A DNA stretch of 63,807 nt, counting the filler, from Octopus bimaculoides (Eukaryota), in assembly GCF_001194135.2 (NCBI RefSeq). It is 6 parts of 6 records of this genome, joined end to end, with 100 filler letters (N's around TTAATTAATTAA, not from the genome) between each part and the next. Parts side by side here need not be neighbours in the genome. Positions count along the whole stretch, not along the records: positions 1 to 27,988 come from NC_069005.1; 5 more parts are not named here. One strand, given 5' to 3'. Of this stretch, positions 1-12,520 are shown piece after piece. How positions within the stretch are numbered: position 1 is the first letter of the stretch; every line of letters starts with the position of its first letter. The position numbers and the translations under genes were made by a program. The notes under the pieces are model-generated. The model did no database searches, was not told the origin of the DNA, and saw only the letters and a list, made by a program, of their open reading frames with translations.

Positions 1-45
<45 letters not shown>
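1..45. repeat. (TA)n microsatellite
   Basis: Direct dinucleotide run. Confidence 0.95.
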
Positions 46-46
<1 letters not shown>

Positions 47-913
47 GGGCATCTTTTATTGGTAGTCTATTGAATCATGCTGATTTGGAACCAAGCACTA
101 CTAATACTACTACTACTACTAATAATAATAATAACAACAACAACCACAGCAACACATATGCACATAAATGCACATGCTCTTACTCATACTAATATGCAGA
201 CACTTACACACACACACACACACATACACACACATCCATACGAACACATCATCACCATCATTGAATCTTTCTGTTCCAGTATGTATTGATTTACATACGT
301 TATGCTTATACGACCAGCTCGAGTATTGTCATGCTTTGACATCCATAGCAGTTGGTCACTTGCCAGCTCTTGTTTAGTTTGCCAAAAATGTCCCATAAAG
401 TGTAAGCGCCTTTTCCCTTTTATTGGTGGAAACAGGCAGGAGATCTCCATACAGCTGTTTCTTTGTGGGATAAGTTCTCCAAGATATGTTTAAGACTGCT
501 CTTAACGTTTGGGTGTAAATATTGATAATAATGATAATGAAGGAAGATTAAGGTAAATTGAAAGATCTCAAAGGAAATCAAACAGATCTTGTCATCAAGG
601 TCTGTCAGGAAATTAAAGTCTCTTGTTAAGAGTATCAGTTCCAGCAGATGAGTAAAGTATCTGCACAAAAGAAATGGAGAAATTATCCAAGTATAAATAA
701 GTATTTTGGGAAATAGAGGCAACTAGAATGGAGGAATTGAAAATGGCAATAATTGGTTTGGTGGGAATGATTTTTCAATAAATTTAGACAAAAAAAACCC
801 CAAAAACCCATGACTTATACTCAAATACAGAAAATAGTATGGCTAGGCTCTGCACACTTTTATTATATATAATATTAGCATACTATAATAATAATAATAA
901 TAATAGTAATAAT

Positions 914-1128
914 AAGGGTTTCAAATTTTGCCACAAGGGCAGCAATTTTGGAGGAAGGGATGAGTCTATTACATCAACTTCGGTGTTCAACTGGTACTTA
1001 TTTTATCGACCCCAGATGAAAGGCAAAGTCGACCTCGGCGGAATTTGAACTCAGAATGTAGCGGCAGATGAAATGCTGCTAAGCATTTCACCTGATGTGT
1101 TAATGAGTCTGTCAGCTTGCCACCTTAA
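914..1128 (-). mobile_element. tRNA-derived SINE family A (ATT tail)
   Basis: On the minus strand it has a head with B-box-like gttctgagttcaaattcc and a body gtcgactttgcctttcatc...gataaa..aagtaccag. About 20 copies in the window. The body resembles the Nin/Meta-type conserved SINE domain (recollection, unverified). Confidence 0.85.
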
Positions 1129-1132
1129 TAAT

Positions 1133-1312
1133 AATCATCATCATCATCATCGTCGTTTAACGTCCGCTTTCCATGCTAGCATGGGTTGGACGATTTGACT
1201 GAGGACTGGTGAACCAGATGGCTACATCAGGCTCCAATCTGATTTGGCAGAGTTTCTACAGCTGGATGCCCTTCCTAACGCCAACCACTCCGAGAGTGTA
1301 GTAGGTGCTTTT
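1133..1312 (-). mobile_element. SINE/non-autonomous retroelement family C (GAT tail, RTE-like 3' end)
   Basis: catcatcgtttaacgtccgctttccatgctagcatgggttggacg...ggatgcccttcctaacgccaacc; near-identical at 43877 and 46931. Confidence 0.85.
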
Positions 1313-1314
1313 CA

Positions 1315-2400
1315 TCCTAGAGCTGGACAATATCTTGCACCACTGCATATTTGAAGTGCCTCAAACTTCTCTTGAAGTCTAAACTCAATGCATGGTGCCC
1401 TCCGTCCTCAGGCAAATTTATACAGGCTGTACATGAAGAGGACTAAAGGTGGACTTGACCTGACAAGTGTACAGGAGTGCATCAACATTGAAAGAAGAAA
1501 CATGAGAGAATATTTGGTAAATAGTGAGCAAGACTTGTTACAATATTCTGCTGCTGCAGAATCATTTACTTAGAGTGGAGTCGAAAGTGCTAATGAATTC
1601 TGATCACAAATAGCCAATGAGAGAGAAGAAACATTATTCTGCATGAAATTACATGGTCATTTCACCATGAAACTAACAACTTAAAATACCAGGAAGCATC
1701 ATGGATGTGGCTCAGCAAAGATGATCTCAAAAAGAAGACTGAAAGCCTAATCCTCACTGCCCAGGAATACTAGCTTAGTGGAAAGACTATACACCACACG
1801 AGTGCAACAAATCTCATCAGAATGTGTGGGAAGAAGGCCTAAAGCATGATTCACATCATTGGCACTTGTAAAAGTCTTGTACAGAAAGAGTATAAGTGCT
1901 GATACAGCAAGGTAGCCTTAAACTTTCACTGATTACTGTACTGGAAGTATGGACTCAAGATAATAGGTGCTTGATACCAACATACACTGGAAAAATTAAT
2001 GGGTGAAAATGTAAAGGCAAAGATCCTCTGGGACTTTGACTTTTAGACAGACAAGGTGTTAGAGCACAAAGGGCTGGATATAGTAGCCTTTGAGAGGGAC
2101 AAGCAAGAGTGCCTAATAACTAATGTGGTAGTGCCAGATCAACATATTGTCATGAATGAAAAAGAAAGGCCAATAAATATGGAAGCCTGCAAATTGAGAT
2201 CACCAAGATGTGGCAGTTATGAGAGTCACACATAAAGGTTGTTCGTGTTGTCATCTGAACATTGGGTTCAATACCGCCCAACATGAAGAAACATCTGGAC
2301 ACTTTAGAAATACCTAACAATCTTGGTGTGTTGCAAAAATAAGCTTAACTTGGAACTGCATGCATACTGCGTAAAGTATTGCCTGTTTAAGGTCCTTGTT
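1315..2400 (+). pseudogene. Decayed R4/Dong-clade non-LTR retrotransposon 3' half (post-RT, CCHC, restriction-like endonuclease)
   Basis: Fragments read HGALRPQANLYRLYMKRTKGG, RMCGKKA*SMIHIIGTCK, KILWDFDF*TDKVLEHKGLDIV and LGTACILRKVL, with stops and frameshifts. Confidence 0.85.
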
Positions 2401-2517
2401 ACTTGACAGACAGCACAAATCCTCACTACACACAATGTCCTCAATCTACAACATCACAGATTGGATACTGTGTGACATCTTTAATAATAATATGCAGGCA
2501 CTAGCTCTGATGGCTTT

Positions 2518-3040
2518 TGATTTTAACTGATTGGAAGTGTTATCATGCACATTGTTTTGTCTTGGTATAAAAGATGGGCTACAGCAAATATTCTTCTCAA
2601 TACCAAAGATTTGCTTGTCAATTGTTTGACCTTAACCACTTGAGCATGTCCCTTAGTGATGATATGTGCATCTCTGATCATGAGCAGAAGTAGTGGGGGA
2701 GCATCATGACTATGTGTCAAAAGGAATTCTTTGGAGTTTGAATAATTCACCTCTGGAAATATGGATGTTTCATTCAACATCCTTAAACAACCCTTATTCA
2801 ATTGGGATGGGCTACTCGATCTAAAGAAAATTCTAACTGGGCCCCACCTGCGAGATTATGTGCTGTATATCTTAATATGAGATCACCCTATCACACACAT
2901 ATGGTTGTGATGCATGTGCCTGGTGTACCCTCATCAGACGGTAGTCATGATGGGTACACTGGGCTTTGTATACTTTACCTCAGTGTCACTTTGATGGCAT
3001 GCACTGCTCTTTCACTCAATAATAATAACAACAATAATAA
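2518..3040 (+). mobile_element. Unclassified interspersed repeat ending in an (AAT)n tail
   Basis: Non-coding, ends ctctcactc-aataataat. I recognise it as a common Octopus-type repeat from memory only; single copy here. Confidence 0.45.
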
Positions 3041-3045
3041 TAATA

Positions 3046-3235
3046 ATCCTAGGCCTGAAATTTTGCAGGAGGAGATTAGTAGATTACATTGACTCCATTG
3101 CTCAACTGGTACTTATCTCATTGATCTTGAAAGGATGAAAGGATAAGTTGACTTTGTTGGAGTCTGAACTCAGAATGTAGAGACTGATGAAATGCTACTG
3201 AGCATTTTGTTTGGTGTGCTAATGATTGTGCCAGC

Positions 3236-3236
<1 letters not shown>
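3046..3236 (-). mobile_element. SINE family A
   Basis: Same body motifs as 914-1128, embedded in (AAT)n on both sides. Confidence 0.8.
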
Positions 3237-3273
<37 letters not shown>

Positions 3274-3315
3274 CATAACAAACTACATGCTTTTTTTCTG
3301 GTTTTTGTAATTTAG

Positions 3316-3494
3316 GTCAGCTACATGGAAATTTACTGTGAGCGTGTACGGGATCTTTTGAACCCCAGTAACAAAAACAACCTTCGCGTGAGAGAACATC
3401 CATTATTAGGTCCATATGTCGAGGACCTTTCTAAACTGGCCGTACAATCTTTTGAAGACATTGGAAAACTCATCGATGAAGGCAACAAAGCCAG
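3316..3494 (+). CDS. unc-104: Kinesin-3 (KIF1A/B, unc-104) motor-domain exon
   Basis: tttag|GTCAGC...GCCAG|gtaagt; 179 nt. Translates [59 protein letters not shown](R), which is KIF1-type ([13 protein letters not shown]) rather than KIF13-type. Phase 0 to phase 2. Confidence 0.97.
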
Positions 3495-3769
3495 GTAAGT
3501 TAGGAAAGTCTTCCTATTTCTTTTTGGGCCAAATGAGTGGATTATATTCTTTGTTTGTACAAAAATTATTTATGCAAATGGCTGACCTGAAAACTGGTTT
3601 AAGAAGTGACTCAGTATCAAATGTATGGTTATGTGACATTTTGGTACAGCTGTTTGGTGTCACTGATTCAATGGTGGTTTATTTGGCATCAGATGTTTTA
3701 ATGTTTCACTTGTTTTAATATTTCTCTCATTTTTCGCTTTGTTTATGTATTTGAGGATATTTATCTATG

Positions 3770-4110
3770 TGCCGGTGGTATGTAAAAAGCACCGTTTGAA
3801 TGTTGAGCCTCACAGAGGCAGTAACAGGTGACCGAGACCTTTAGTGATATACCATACTTGAGAAGACTTGTCAAGCCAAGTGAGACCATAGTCGTGGTCA
3901 ATGCCGGTGTCACATAACTGGCACCCATGCCAGTGGCATATAAAAAGCACCCACTGCACTCTTAGAGTGGTTGGCGTTAGGAAAGGTATCCAGCTTTAGG
4001 AAGGGCATCCAAATTAGACTGGAACCTGGTGCAGCTCCCTGGCTTACTAGTTCTGTCAGACCATCCAACCCATGCCAGCATAGAAAATGGACATTAAATG
4101 ATGATGATGT
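3770..4110 (+). mobile_element. SINE family C
   Basis: gtgccggtgg..aaaaagcacc...ggcgttaggaa(a)gggcatcca...ccaacccatgccagcat...gatgatgat. Confidence 0.8.
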
Positions 4111-5289
4111 TCGATTAATAAATTGTTATCTCTATCTTTCACTGTGTGTGTCTGTTTCTGTGTGCTTGTATGTGTGTTTACCTATAATGCCAAAATGTAC
4201 TGTCGCCAAAAGAGGTTCAATATCCAGTCAGTCCTGCCAAATTCTCAGTGTTCAAACAGCCACATCCAGTTGTCTCTTTCTTTAAATATATTGACTGGTG
4301 TTTACTGGCAAGGCAAATGGCTGTGCAAGGTGAGCAGATAGTATAAATTAGGAGGAAACAAAATGTGATATGGCAGGGAAGAGAAGCACTTGTGGTTCTT
4401 GTAGATTGTAGATAAATAAAAAATGTGGGAAGAAAGGTAATCAATGTATGATCTGAGAAAATTGGTTTTCACAGTTGAGATGTGAAGAAATTTATTGTAA
4501 ACCTATTCAACCCATAGCAACAAGGAGAGAGACATTAAAATAAAGATAATGAATTGTTAATCTGAGGTAAAAAGAAAATAATAAATAAAAAAATGAGATT
4601 ATAATTAAGTTAATGTTTTGGATAATTAGCTTTGGATATTGTAATAAAAATGCTATTTAGAGATGAAATGGAGGAGGAACTTGAGTGTGGACATGTGATA
4701 GTGAATGGATGGTACCAAGCAACATTGGGTTGGTTTAGTGGTTTAACGAGAAGGTGTGGCATCAGCTTGTATGGTAAATAGATTATAAAATGTCACTGTT
4801 TAGAATATGTTTGAATTAAGAACTAGAATCCCTTCTCTAATGTGGCATTTTTTTGGTTTTTGATTTATGACATTCTGTTATTTTCCATTGGCCCCATGGT
4901 GGAACTATTGAGAGGTCATATAATTTTTTTTATGAATCCTTTCCCTTGACAACGTGAAGGCAAATGATCTGGTGGTTAGGCTGTTGGACATATAATCAAG
5001 TTGTGAGTTCAATTCCTGGACCAGGTGGTGCATTGTGTCCTTTGGCAAGATGCTTCGTTTCATGTGGCTCCAGTCTATTCATTTGAAAACGAGTTCCATC
5101 TGGGACAGTATGGTGTCTTGCTACCTATTAGCCTAAAATTTTCCAAATATAAGATGTCAGTGGCACTTGATGGCTATGGCACACAAGATGATGATGATGA
5201 TGTTGCTGAGTTCCTTGACTACATGTTGCTCAATGTGGAGCTCAGTTTTGAATGACATTTCATTTACAGAATGGCAAGACCACATTCCT

Positions 5290-5330
<41 letters not shown>

Positions 5331-5530
5331 TCATTCTTTAATGTCTCCCTTTGCATGCTGGCATGGGTAGGACAGTTCAGTAGAATCCAACAAGGCTGAA
5401 GACTGCATTAAGCTTCAGTGTTTGCATTGGCATAGTTTCTACAGCTAGGTACCCTTCTTAATGGTAACCACTTTACAAAGTGTACTGGGTACTTTTCCTC
5501 CAGGCAACAGTAGTAGTGAGAACAAGTTAC
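5290..5530 (-). mobile_element. SINE family C (diverged)
   Basis: (CAT)n followed by ttgcatgctggcatgggt...tttctacagct. Confidence 0.7.
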
Positions 5531-5619
5531 TTGCAAGACAAAAAAAAGCCTCTGCCAATTAAGTAGGTGTATAGTAGGAAGGAGGGAAGTGGTTTTATGC
5601 CCAGTGTTGAAAGACTAAA

Positions 5620-5970
5620 GTATGTTGGAAGGACCTGAACTGGTGTCTTACTGTAGAGGAGATACATGGCTACCTCAACTGACACTCCATCAGCTACAAC
5701 ATCAAGGGTTCAAGTTAATCCAATCAAGAGAACAGCCTTCTCATGAAATTAATGTGCATGTGGCTGAGCATTCCACAGACATGTGTACCATTAATGTAGT
5801 TCTCAGGGAGATTTAACATGACACTATTCACTTTTGCCAGTTGAGTGGACTGGAGCAATATGAAATAAAGTATCTTACTCAAGGACACATTGCACTGCTG
5901 GGAATTGAACTTAGAACCTTATGACCAAAGCAAAGCCAAATACCCTAACCACTAAGCTACACACCTTCAC
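5620..5970 (-). mobile_element. tRNA-derived SINE family D (CORE-like centre)
   Basis: Reverse complement of the head gtggttagggtatt..gttc and of gtgtccttgagtaagatactttatttcatattgctccagtccactcaactgg. Confidence 0.75.
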
Positions 5971-6278
5971 ATGGTTACCCCACATTATATAAGAGTGAGC
6001 AGGAGTAGTTGGAAAGAGAGACAATGTTGATGATGAGGTCAGGAGAGATGTATTTATCTGAGAACTTAACATAAAGATATTCATTGATTTGTTCAATCCA
6101 ACCATGCCATACTATACAGAAGTTTTGGTCAAACAACATTATCCTGCCTCTTTAGATTCTTATTATGTGAATAAAATAAATATTTCATGCATATTTTTTT
6201 TCCAATTTCATTTGAATTATTTCTAAGAAATTGTATTGAATTTCTTTTCTATTTTCCTTTGTGTTTCCTAATCTTCAG

Positions 6279-6390
6279 GACCGTTGCCGCAACAAACATG
6301 AACGAAACCAGCAGCCGTTCACATGCTGTCTTTACCATTATATTCACCCAGAAAAAACTTGACCAAGCTACTAAGATGGTTGGAGAAAAG
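6279..6390 (+). CDS. unc-104: Kinesin-3 exon with switch I (SSRSH)
   Basis: ttcag|G ACC GTT...GAA AAG|gtttgt; 112 nt. (R)[37 protein letters not shown]. Phase 2 matches the previous exon. Confidence 0.97.
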
Positions 6391-8026
6391 GTTTGTGTTA
6401 GCTATGTTTGTATTTAAAAAGATTTTATTATTTAGCTCCTGGGCAGCTCTGATCAAGCAAGAATGTGTGATCAAAAGTGTTTAGTTATGACTATTTTTTT
6501 TCAAATCTTAAGCCAAATTGTCTAACATGTTCTTAATTCATTTAAAATGATAGGATCTGATTTAAGGGGTGCTAAGTGGTTATGTAGAAGTTTTCTCATT
6601 GACAAATATTGTTACCATATTCCTATTGATGTATACTGTCTTTGATTCAATTCATTTTGAAAATAATGAATTTAATTAAATTAACCTTTGTTATTATTAA
6701 GGTGGCATCTGGAATGTAAATTAGCATAAAATTTTGATGGATATTTTTCATTTAAATCACTTAACACTTTTGTTGCCATATTTCTGATGTGGTACGCTGC
6801 CTTTGCTTCAATTAATTTTGAAAATAATGAAGAATTTAATAACATTACTGTCATTATTAAAATGGTGTCTGGGACATAACATAAAAATTTTGATGGAGGA
6901 TTTAATTTAAAACAAGATCTATGGTACAAAGAAGTTTGTACCATAGATCCAGGAGGTACTTTAAAAAAAAATCTTCTATTCTGATACAGTGGTAGCCATG
7001 AAATTAAAATGCTAGATTGCAGACCTGAAAGTCATTTATTTGAACAATATTACAACTAAGAGAGCAATCATTTAAATATCATTTTCCATGCACGAGTTAA
7101 AAGGTCGAAGTTGAAGTAAGAGCAGAAACAACATGTGGGGTTATTTCCAATGATAAAGAAAATCTTGGTTCAGTCTGGAGGATGGCCCTGTACATATGAC
7201 CTTCGCTAGCCCTCCAGCATAGAAGAGCTCAAATAGTTAACAATCTTCCTCTTCAGAAAGTAAGAATTAATGGATTAGGATGCAGGGAGAGAATTCAAGA
7301 GGAATGGATGATGTTTTGGCAAGGAAGGGTTGGATTAGGGTATAGTGCAGAACTTGGTGGGTGGGGGGTAGTTATAATATGGTTGATGGAGAGATAAAGG
7401 AATTGGGAGCGCCTCAGGAGATGTGTGATACAGCCATCCAGTTCCAAGGAGCATAGTGATTGCAGTAGCAATAGAAAATGCAAAGACAGAGAGTAAGAAA
7501 GAGAGGGGAGGTAGCATGTCTGTGGACCTGATGTTGGAATGTGTTAAATGTTAGAAGACTAAAGGTTTTATAGGTCAATGACATTTTCTTGAAGATCTTT
7601 TGTTTCTCATTTTTGTTGAAAAAGAACATCACTACCTCAAAGCAAAAAAAAAAAAAAAAAATGTTACTGCAACTGTAACTATTTTCACAGTTGGATAGTT
7701 AAAGGTAACAATAATATTAACTCAAATAATATTGCCCTGCCTGTTTCACTTATCAAGAGATTTTACATATTTACTTAAATGCTACCAAGAAGTCAGAAAA
7801 GGTAAAACCAAACTTGATGTATGAGAGGTTGAGAAATGGATTAAAAACTGATAAGAAATAGAAAAAATACATTGTTTATCAAAAAAAAAAAAAATATTGT
7901 CATAGGTATAATCTTACCTGTAACATTTTTATATATTCAAATATGTTCAAATAATTTTCAAAATGAGAAAGAATTTAAGATTTTTAAAAACATGCAACAC
8001 ATCATCATCATCATCGTCATCGTCAT

Positions 8027-8255
8027 CAAGGCAGCGAGCTGACAGAATCGTTAGCATGCTGGGCAAAATGCTTTATGGAATTTCATCCGTCTTTATGTTC
8101 AGAGTTAACATTCTGCTGAGGCTGACTTTGTCTTTTCATCCTTTCGGGGTTGATAAAATAAATACCAGTTGAGCACTGGGGTCGATGTAATTAACTTAGA
8201 CCCTCCCCTGAAATTGCTGGCCTTGTGCCAAAATTTGAAGCCATTATTATTATTA
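8027..8255 (+). mobile_element. SINE family A
   Basis: aaggcagcgagctgacagaatcgttagc...ccttgtgccaaaatttgaagcc(att)n. Confidence 0.85.
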
Positions 8256-9404
8256 TTAAAAAATTTTTGTTTGGGTCATTCATTCATTCATTCATCCATA
8301 CACTCTCATGTGCTATTTCTGGAAAAACTGTAACGGTAGAGCTCTTAGGCACATCCTCCTCCATAGTATAATATGAACTTAGAATACAGTATAATATGAA
8401 CTTAGAATACAAAAGATCCAGAATAAATGCCATAAGGCATCTTCTCTGATGTTCTAACATTTCCACAAATCCATGACTCGAGACTGGTATTTAATTTATT
8501 GACCGCAGAAAGATGAAACGGTAAAATTTGACCTCGGCCTGATTTGAAATCAGAGTTCAAGGTCTTAGAATATGAATACCACAAGACATTTTGTCTACTA
8601 CTCTAACAATTTAGCCAATTCCATGCCATTATTTAGACCATAAGAGAACTGCTAAGGTTGTTAACCTTGCAAATGATAATAGATTCTGACAGATTTGTTG
8701 AAGACTTGACTGGTTGGGTAGGTGTGTACAATGTAATAAGAGTGGAGTGGATAGTATCAGAAGAAACATTGTGGTGATACGAGGAATAATAGATTTGATT
8801 GTGGTAGTGATGGTAATATACACACATATACACACTCACAAAAACCTACTCACACACTGACATATTCATCCACTTGCATATGCATACACCGACATAGCAA
8901 ATATTCTGACTCATTTGTATAGACACTTTGAACTCATTGGTGCAGACACTCTGACTCATTCACACAATACTATGACTCATTTACACACACACACACACTC
9001 ATTCATGTGTTCATACGCAGTCTGACACATTAAGACATACACTCATTTGAACATCCTCTCAAGTCGTTCACACATACCCACACTCACATGCTCTGACTCA
9101 GATGTTCCTGCACTCTGACACTTCAGCTGCTTCTGCACTCTGACTCGGGCGCTCCTGCAATCTGATTCAGGCACTCCTGCACCATGACTTAGATGTGCCT
9201 GCACTCTGACTCAGATACTCAGACACTCTTGCACCCTGAGTTAGATTCTCAGACACTCCTGTACTCTGGTTCATGGCCTTACACACTCTCCCTCATGCAT
9301 TTGTATGCACACACACACACACACACACACACACGCATTGGCTCATGCACTCTGCCTCTGACACTCATTCACTTTGACTCATACCTTCATGCACTCGTAC
9401 CCTC

Positions 9405-9779
9405 ATGCACTCTGACTCATACCCTCATGCACTCTGACTCGAACCTTCATGCACTCTGACTCGTACCTTCATGCACTCTGACTCGTACCCTCATGCACTC
9501 TGACTCATACCCTCATGCACTCTGACTCATACCCTTATGCACTCTGACTCATACCCTTATGCACTCTGACTCGTACCCTCATGCACTCTGACTCGTACCC
9601 TCATGCACTCTGACTCATACCCTCATACACTCTGACTTGTACCCTCATGCACTCTGACTCATATCCTGATGCACTCTGACTCATATCCTGATGCACTCTG
9701 ACTCATACCTTCATGCACTCTGACTCATACCTTCATGCACTCTGACTCGTATCCTCATGCACTCTGACTCATACCATTA
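9405..9779. repeat. 22-bp minisatellite (ATGCACTCTGACTCATACCCTC), 17 units plus degenerate flanks 9100-9830
   Basis: Units counted at 22-nt spacing from 9406 to 9758. Confidence 0.95.
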
Positions 9780-10267
9780 CACATTCTGACATAGACACTC
9801 ACACACTCTGACTCATTCACTCACATTCACGGATTCACACACTCATACTTACTGACTCACTGACTCATGCATTCGCATTCATTGACTCCTGCTTTCGTAC
9901 TCACAGGCTCACACATTTGTGCTGACCAACTCATGCATTTACTCTCACTGACACACATTCACATTCATCAACTCATGCACTTTTATGCTCACTGACTCAC
10001 ACTTTTACGCTCACTGGCTCTTTCATTCACACCCCAATGGGTATGCTCTTGCATTCATTCTTCAACTCCCTCTCTCACACACCTAGACTGTTATAAACAA
10101 GTCAATCAGAGGAGTAGCTACCTTCGGATAACACTGGCACATCACTTAGCCTGACTCTTCTAATCTTAAAACTACTACACAGTGACACATACACAAACAC
10201 ACTCATCATTGCATATATATCTATGTATACATATCTGTGTGTGTGTGTGTGTGTGTGTGTCTTCTCT

Positions 10268-10672
10268 TCTCTTTTTCTTGTTTCAGTCATTAGACTGTGT
10301 CCATGCCAGGGCACCACTTTGAACATTTTGTTTTAGCTGAATAAATCAACCCCAGCCCTTTTTTTTAAGCCTGGTACTTATTCTATCAGTCTCTTTTGCC
10401 AAACCACTGAGTTACAGGGACATAAACACACCAACACCAGTTGTCAAGTGGTGGATGGGGGACAAACATGAACACAAAGATCCACGCACACATACACACA
10501 CATCTATACGATGGGATTCTTTTAGTTTCTGTTTACCAAATCCACTCACATGGCTTTGGTTGGCCAAAGATTTCAGTAGAAGATACTTGGCCAAGTTGCC
10601 ATGCAGTAGGACTGAGCCTGGAACCATGTAGTTGGGAAGCAAAATTCTTACTATACACCCATACCTGTGCCT
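10268..10672 (-). mobile_element. tRNA-derived SINE family B (internal TG/TA microsatellite)
   Basis: Minus-strand head ggttccaggctcagtcc, then ttggccaagtatcttctact, with 3' end gactgaaacaag. More than 10 copies in the window. Confidence 0.85.
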
Positions 10673-11562
10673 CTGTGTGTGTGTGTGTGAATATATATAT
10701 CTGTGCATTTACATGTGTGGTTTATTTATATATACATGTATNNNNNNNNNNNNNNNNNNNNNNNNNNNNNNNNNNNNNNNNNNNNNNNNNNNNNNNNNNN
10801 NNNNNNNNNNNNNNNNNNNNNNNNNNNNNNNNNNNNNNNNNNNNNNNNNNNNNNNNNNNNNNNNNNNNNNNNNNNNNNNNNNNNNNNNNNNNNNNNNNNN
10901 NNNNNNNNNNNNNNNNNNNNNNNNNNNNNNNNNNNNNNNNNNNNNNNNNNNNNNNNNNNNNNNNNNNNNNNNNNNNNNNNNNNNNNNNNNNNNNNNNNNN
11001 NNNNNNNNNNNNNNNNNNNNNNNNNNNNNNNNNNNNNNNNNNNNNNNNNNNNNNNNNNNNNNNNNNNNNNNNNNNNNNNNNNNNNNNNNNNNNNNNNNNN
11101 ATATATATATATATATATATATATAAAGCTGACTCACTCTGTTGCTACTCCAAGTTTCTCACTTTTGCACATAATTTCCGGTAACTGGAATGGACCAATG
11201 AAAATGCAGGGTGTTTATTTACTGTGTTCCAAATTTCAACAGTTTCATCCATCCTGTTGCTGTATGAAGGAACTCAACAGATGCAAGAAACTCGGAATGG
11301 CAACAGTGTGAATCATCAGTGCTGACCACATAAACGAACTCCTATTTCATGTACTGAGTTGTTTATTTTACATGCATATTACCCTCTCTCTCTTTCTCTC
11401 TCTCACACTATCTCTCTCTCACACTCTCTCTCTCTCTCACACTCTCTCACACACACACTCTCTCTCTCTCACACGCACACACACACACACACTAGTTTTA
11501 TTAGCGAAGTAATACCTGACAACAGGACAATTGTTTCCATACATTAATGTATGTCCTTAAGG

Positions 11563-11593
<31 letters not shown>

Positions 11594-12197
11594 CACATTT
11601 GCATACATATACATACACATGTATATATATATATATATATATATATACATACATACATACATGTATATGTATAGAGAGAGAGAAAGAAAGGGTGTGTTTC
11701 AATGTGTTTCTATTTGAAACATCAGTCATAATTTCAGTATTGATTACACCTAATGAAAATGGAAAAGATGGAGTGCGGAAGGTAAATATAGAGTAACCAG
11801 TCAGACTGCTTGATTATCTCTTAGATATCCTGGTCCTTGTTGTTGTTTCTTCATCCTTGTCGTTGTCATCATCATCACCATATCTAGTCTCGGAGACATC
11901 CTGTTTCTCCATTCTTGCTATCATCATCATTTTATGGGTGCAGGCATAGTTGTGTAGTTACAAATTTTTCTTAGTAACCATCTGGTTCTATGTTCGGTAC
12001 CACTGCAGAGCATCTTGCTTTTCCCTGGAGGCAAGATTCCTTTTGGAACACCAGATTGACAGATTAACCAATACCTTATGTATGAAATTCACTTGACAGT
12101 AATTATGTGTGGAAACCTGTTAAAGTTGTGTGTATGTGTGTGTGAGTGCATGCGTGTGTATGCTTGTGTGTGTGCGTGTGTGTGTGTGTGTGTGTGT

Positions 12198-12520
12198 GAA
12201 GATGCATGGGTCAGTGGTTAGGGTGCCGGGCTTACGACTGCGAGGTTGTGAGTTTGATTCCTGGACCAGGCTGTGTGTTGTGTTCTTGAGCAAGTCACTT
12301 TATTTCACGTTGCTCCAGTTCACTCAGTTGTAGAAATGAGATGTGACATCACTGGTGCCAACCTGTATCAGCCTTTGCCTTCCCCCTCGATAACATCGGT
12401 GGCCTGGAGAGAGGAGACTGGTATACATAAACAACCTTTCCTGGATTTGTGTCTCGGAGGGGAACTTTCTAGGTGCAACACCATGGTCATTTGTAACCAA
12501 AGGAACTCTTTATCCTTACC
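12198..12520 (+). mobile_element. SINE family D
   Basis: cagtggttaggg...gtgagtttgattcctgg...gtgttcttgagcaagtcactttatttcacgttgctccagttcactcag; homologous to 17713-18045. Confidence 0.85.

Noticed and set aside
9405-9779. CRISPR-like array
   Set aside because: The tandem units have no unique spacers, the context is eukaryotic, and there are no cas genes.
12198-12270. tRNA gene
   Set aside because: The A/B-box-like head continues into a SINE body with no complete cloverleaf; the same applies to the other SINE heads.
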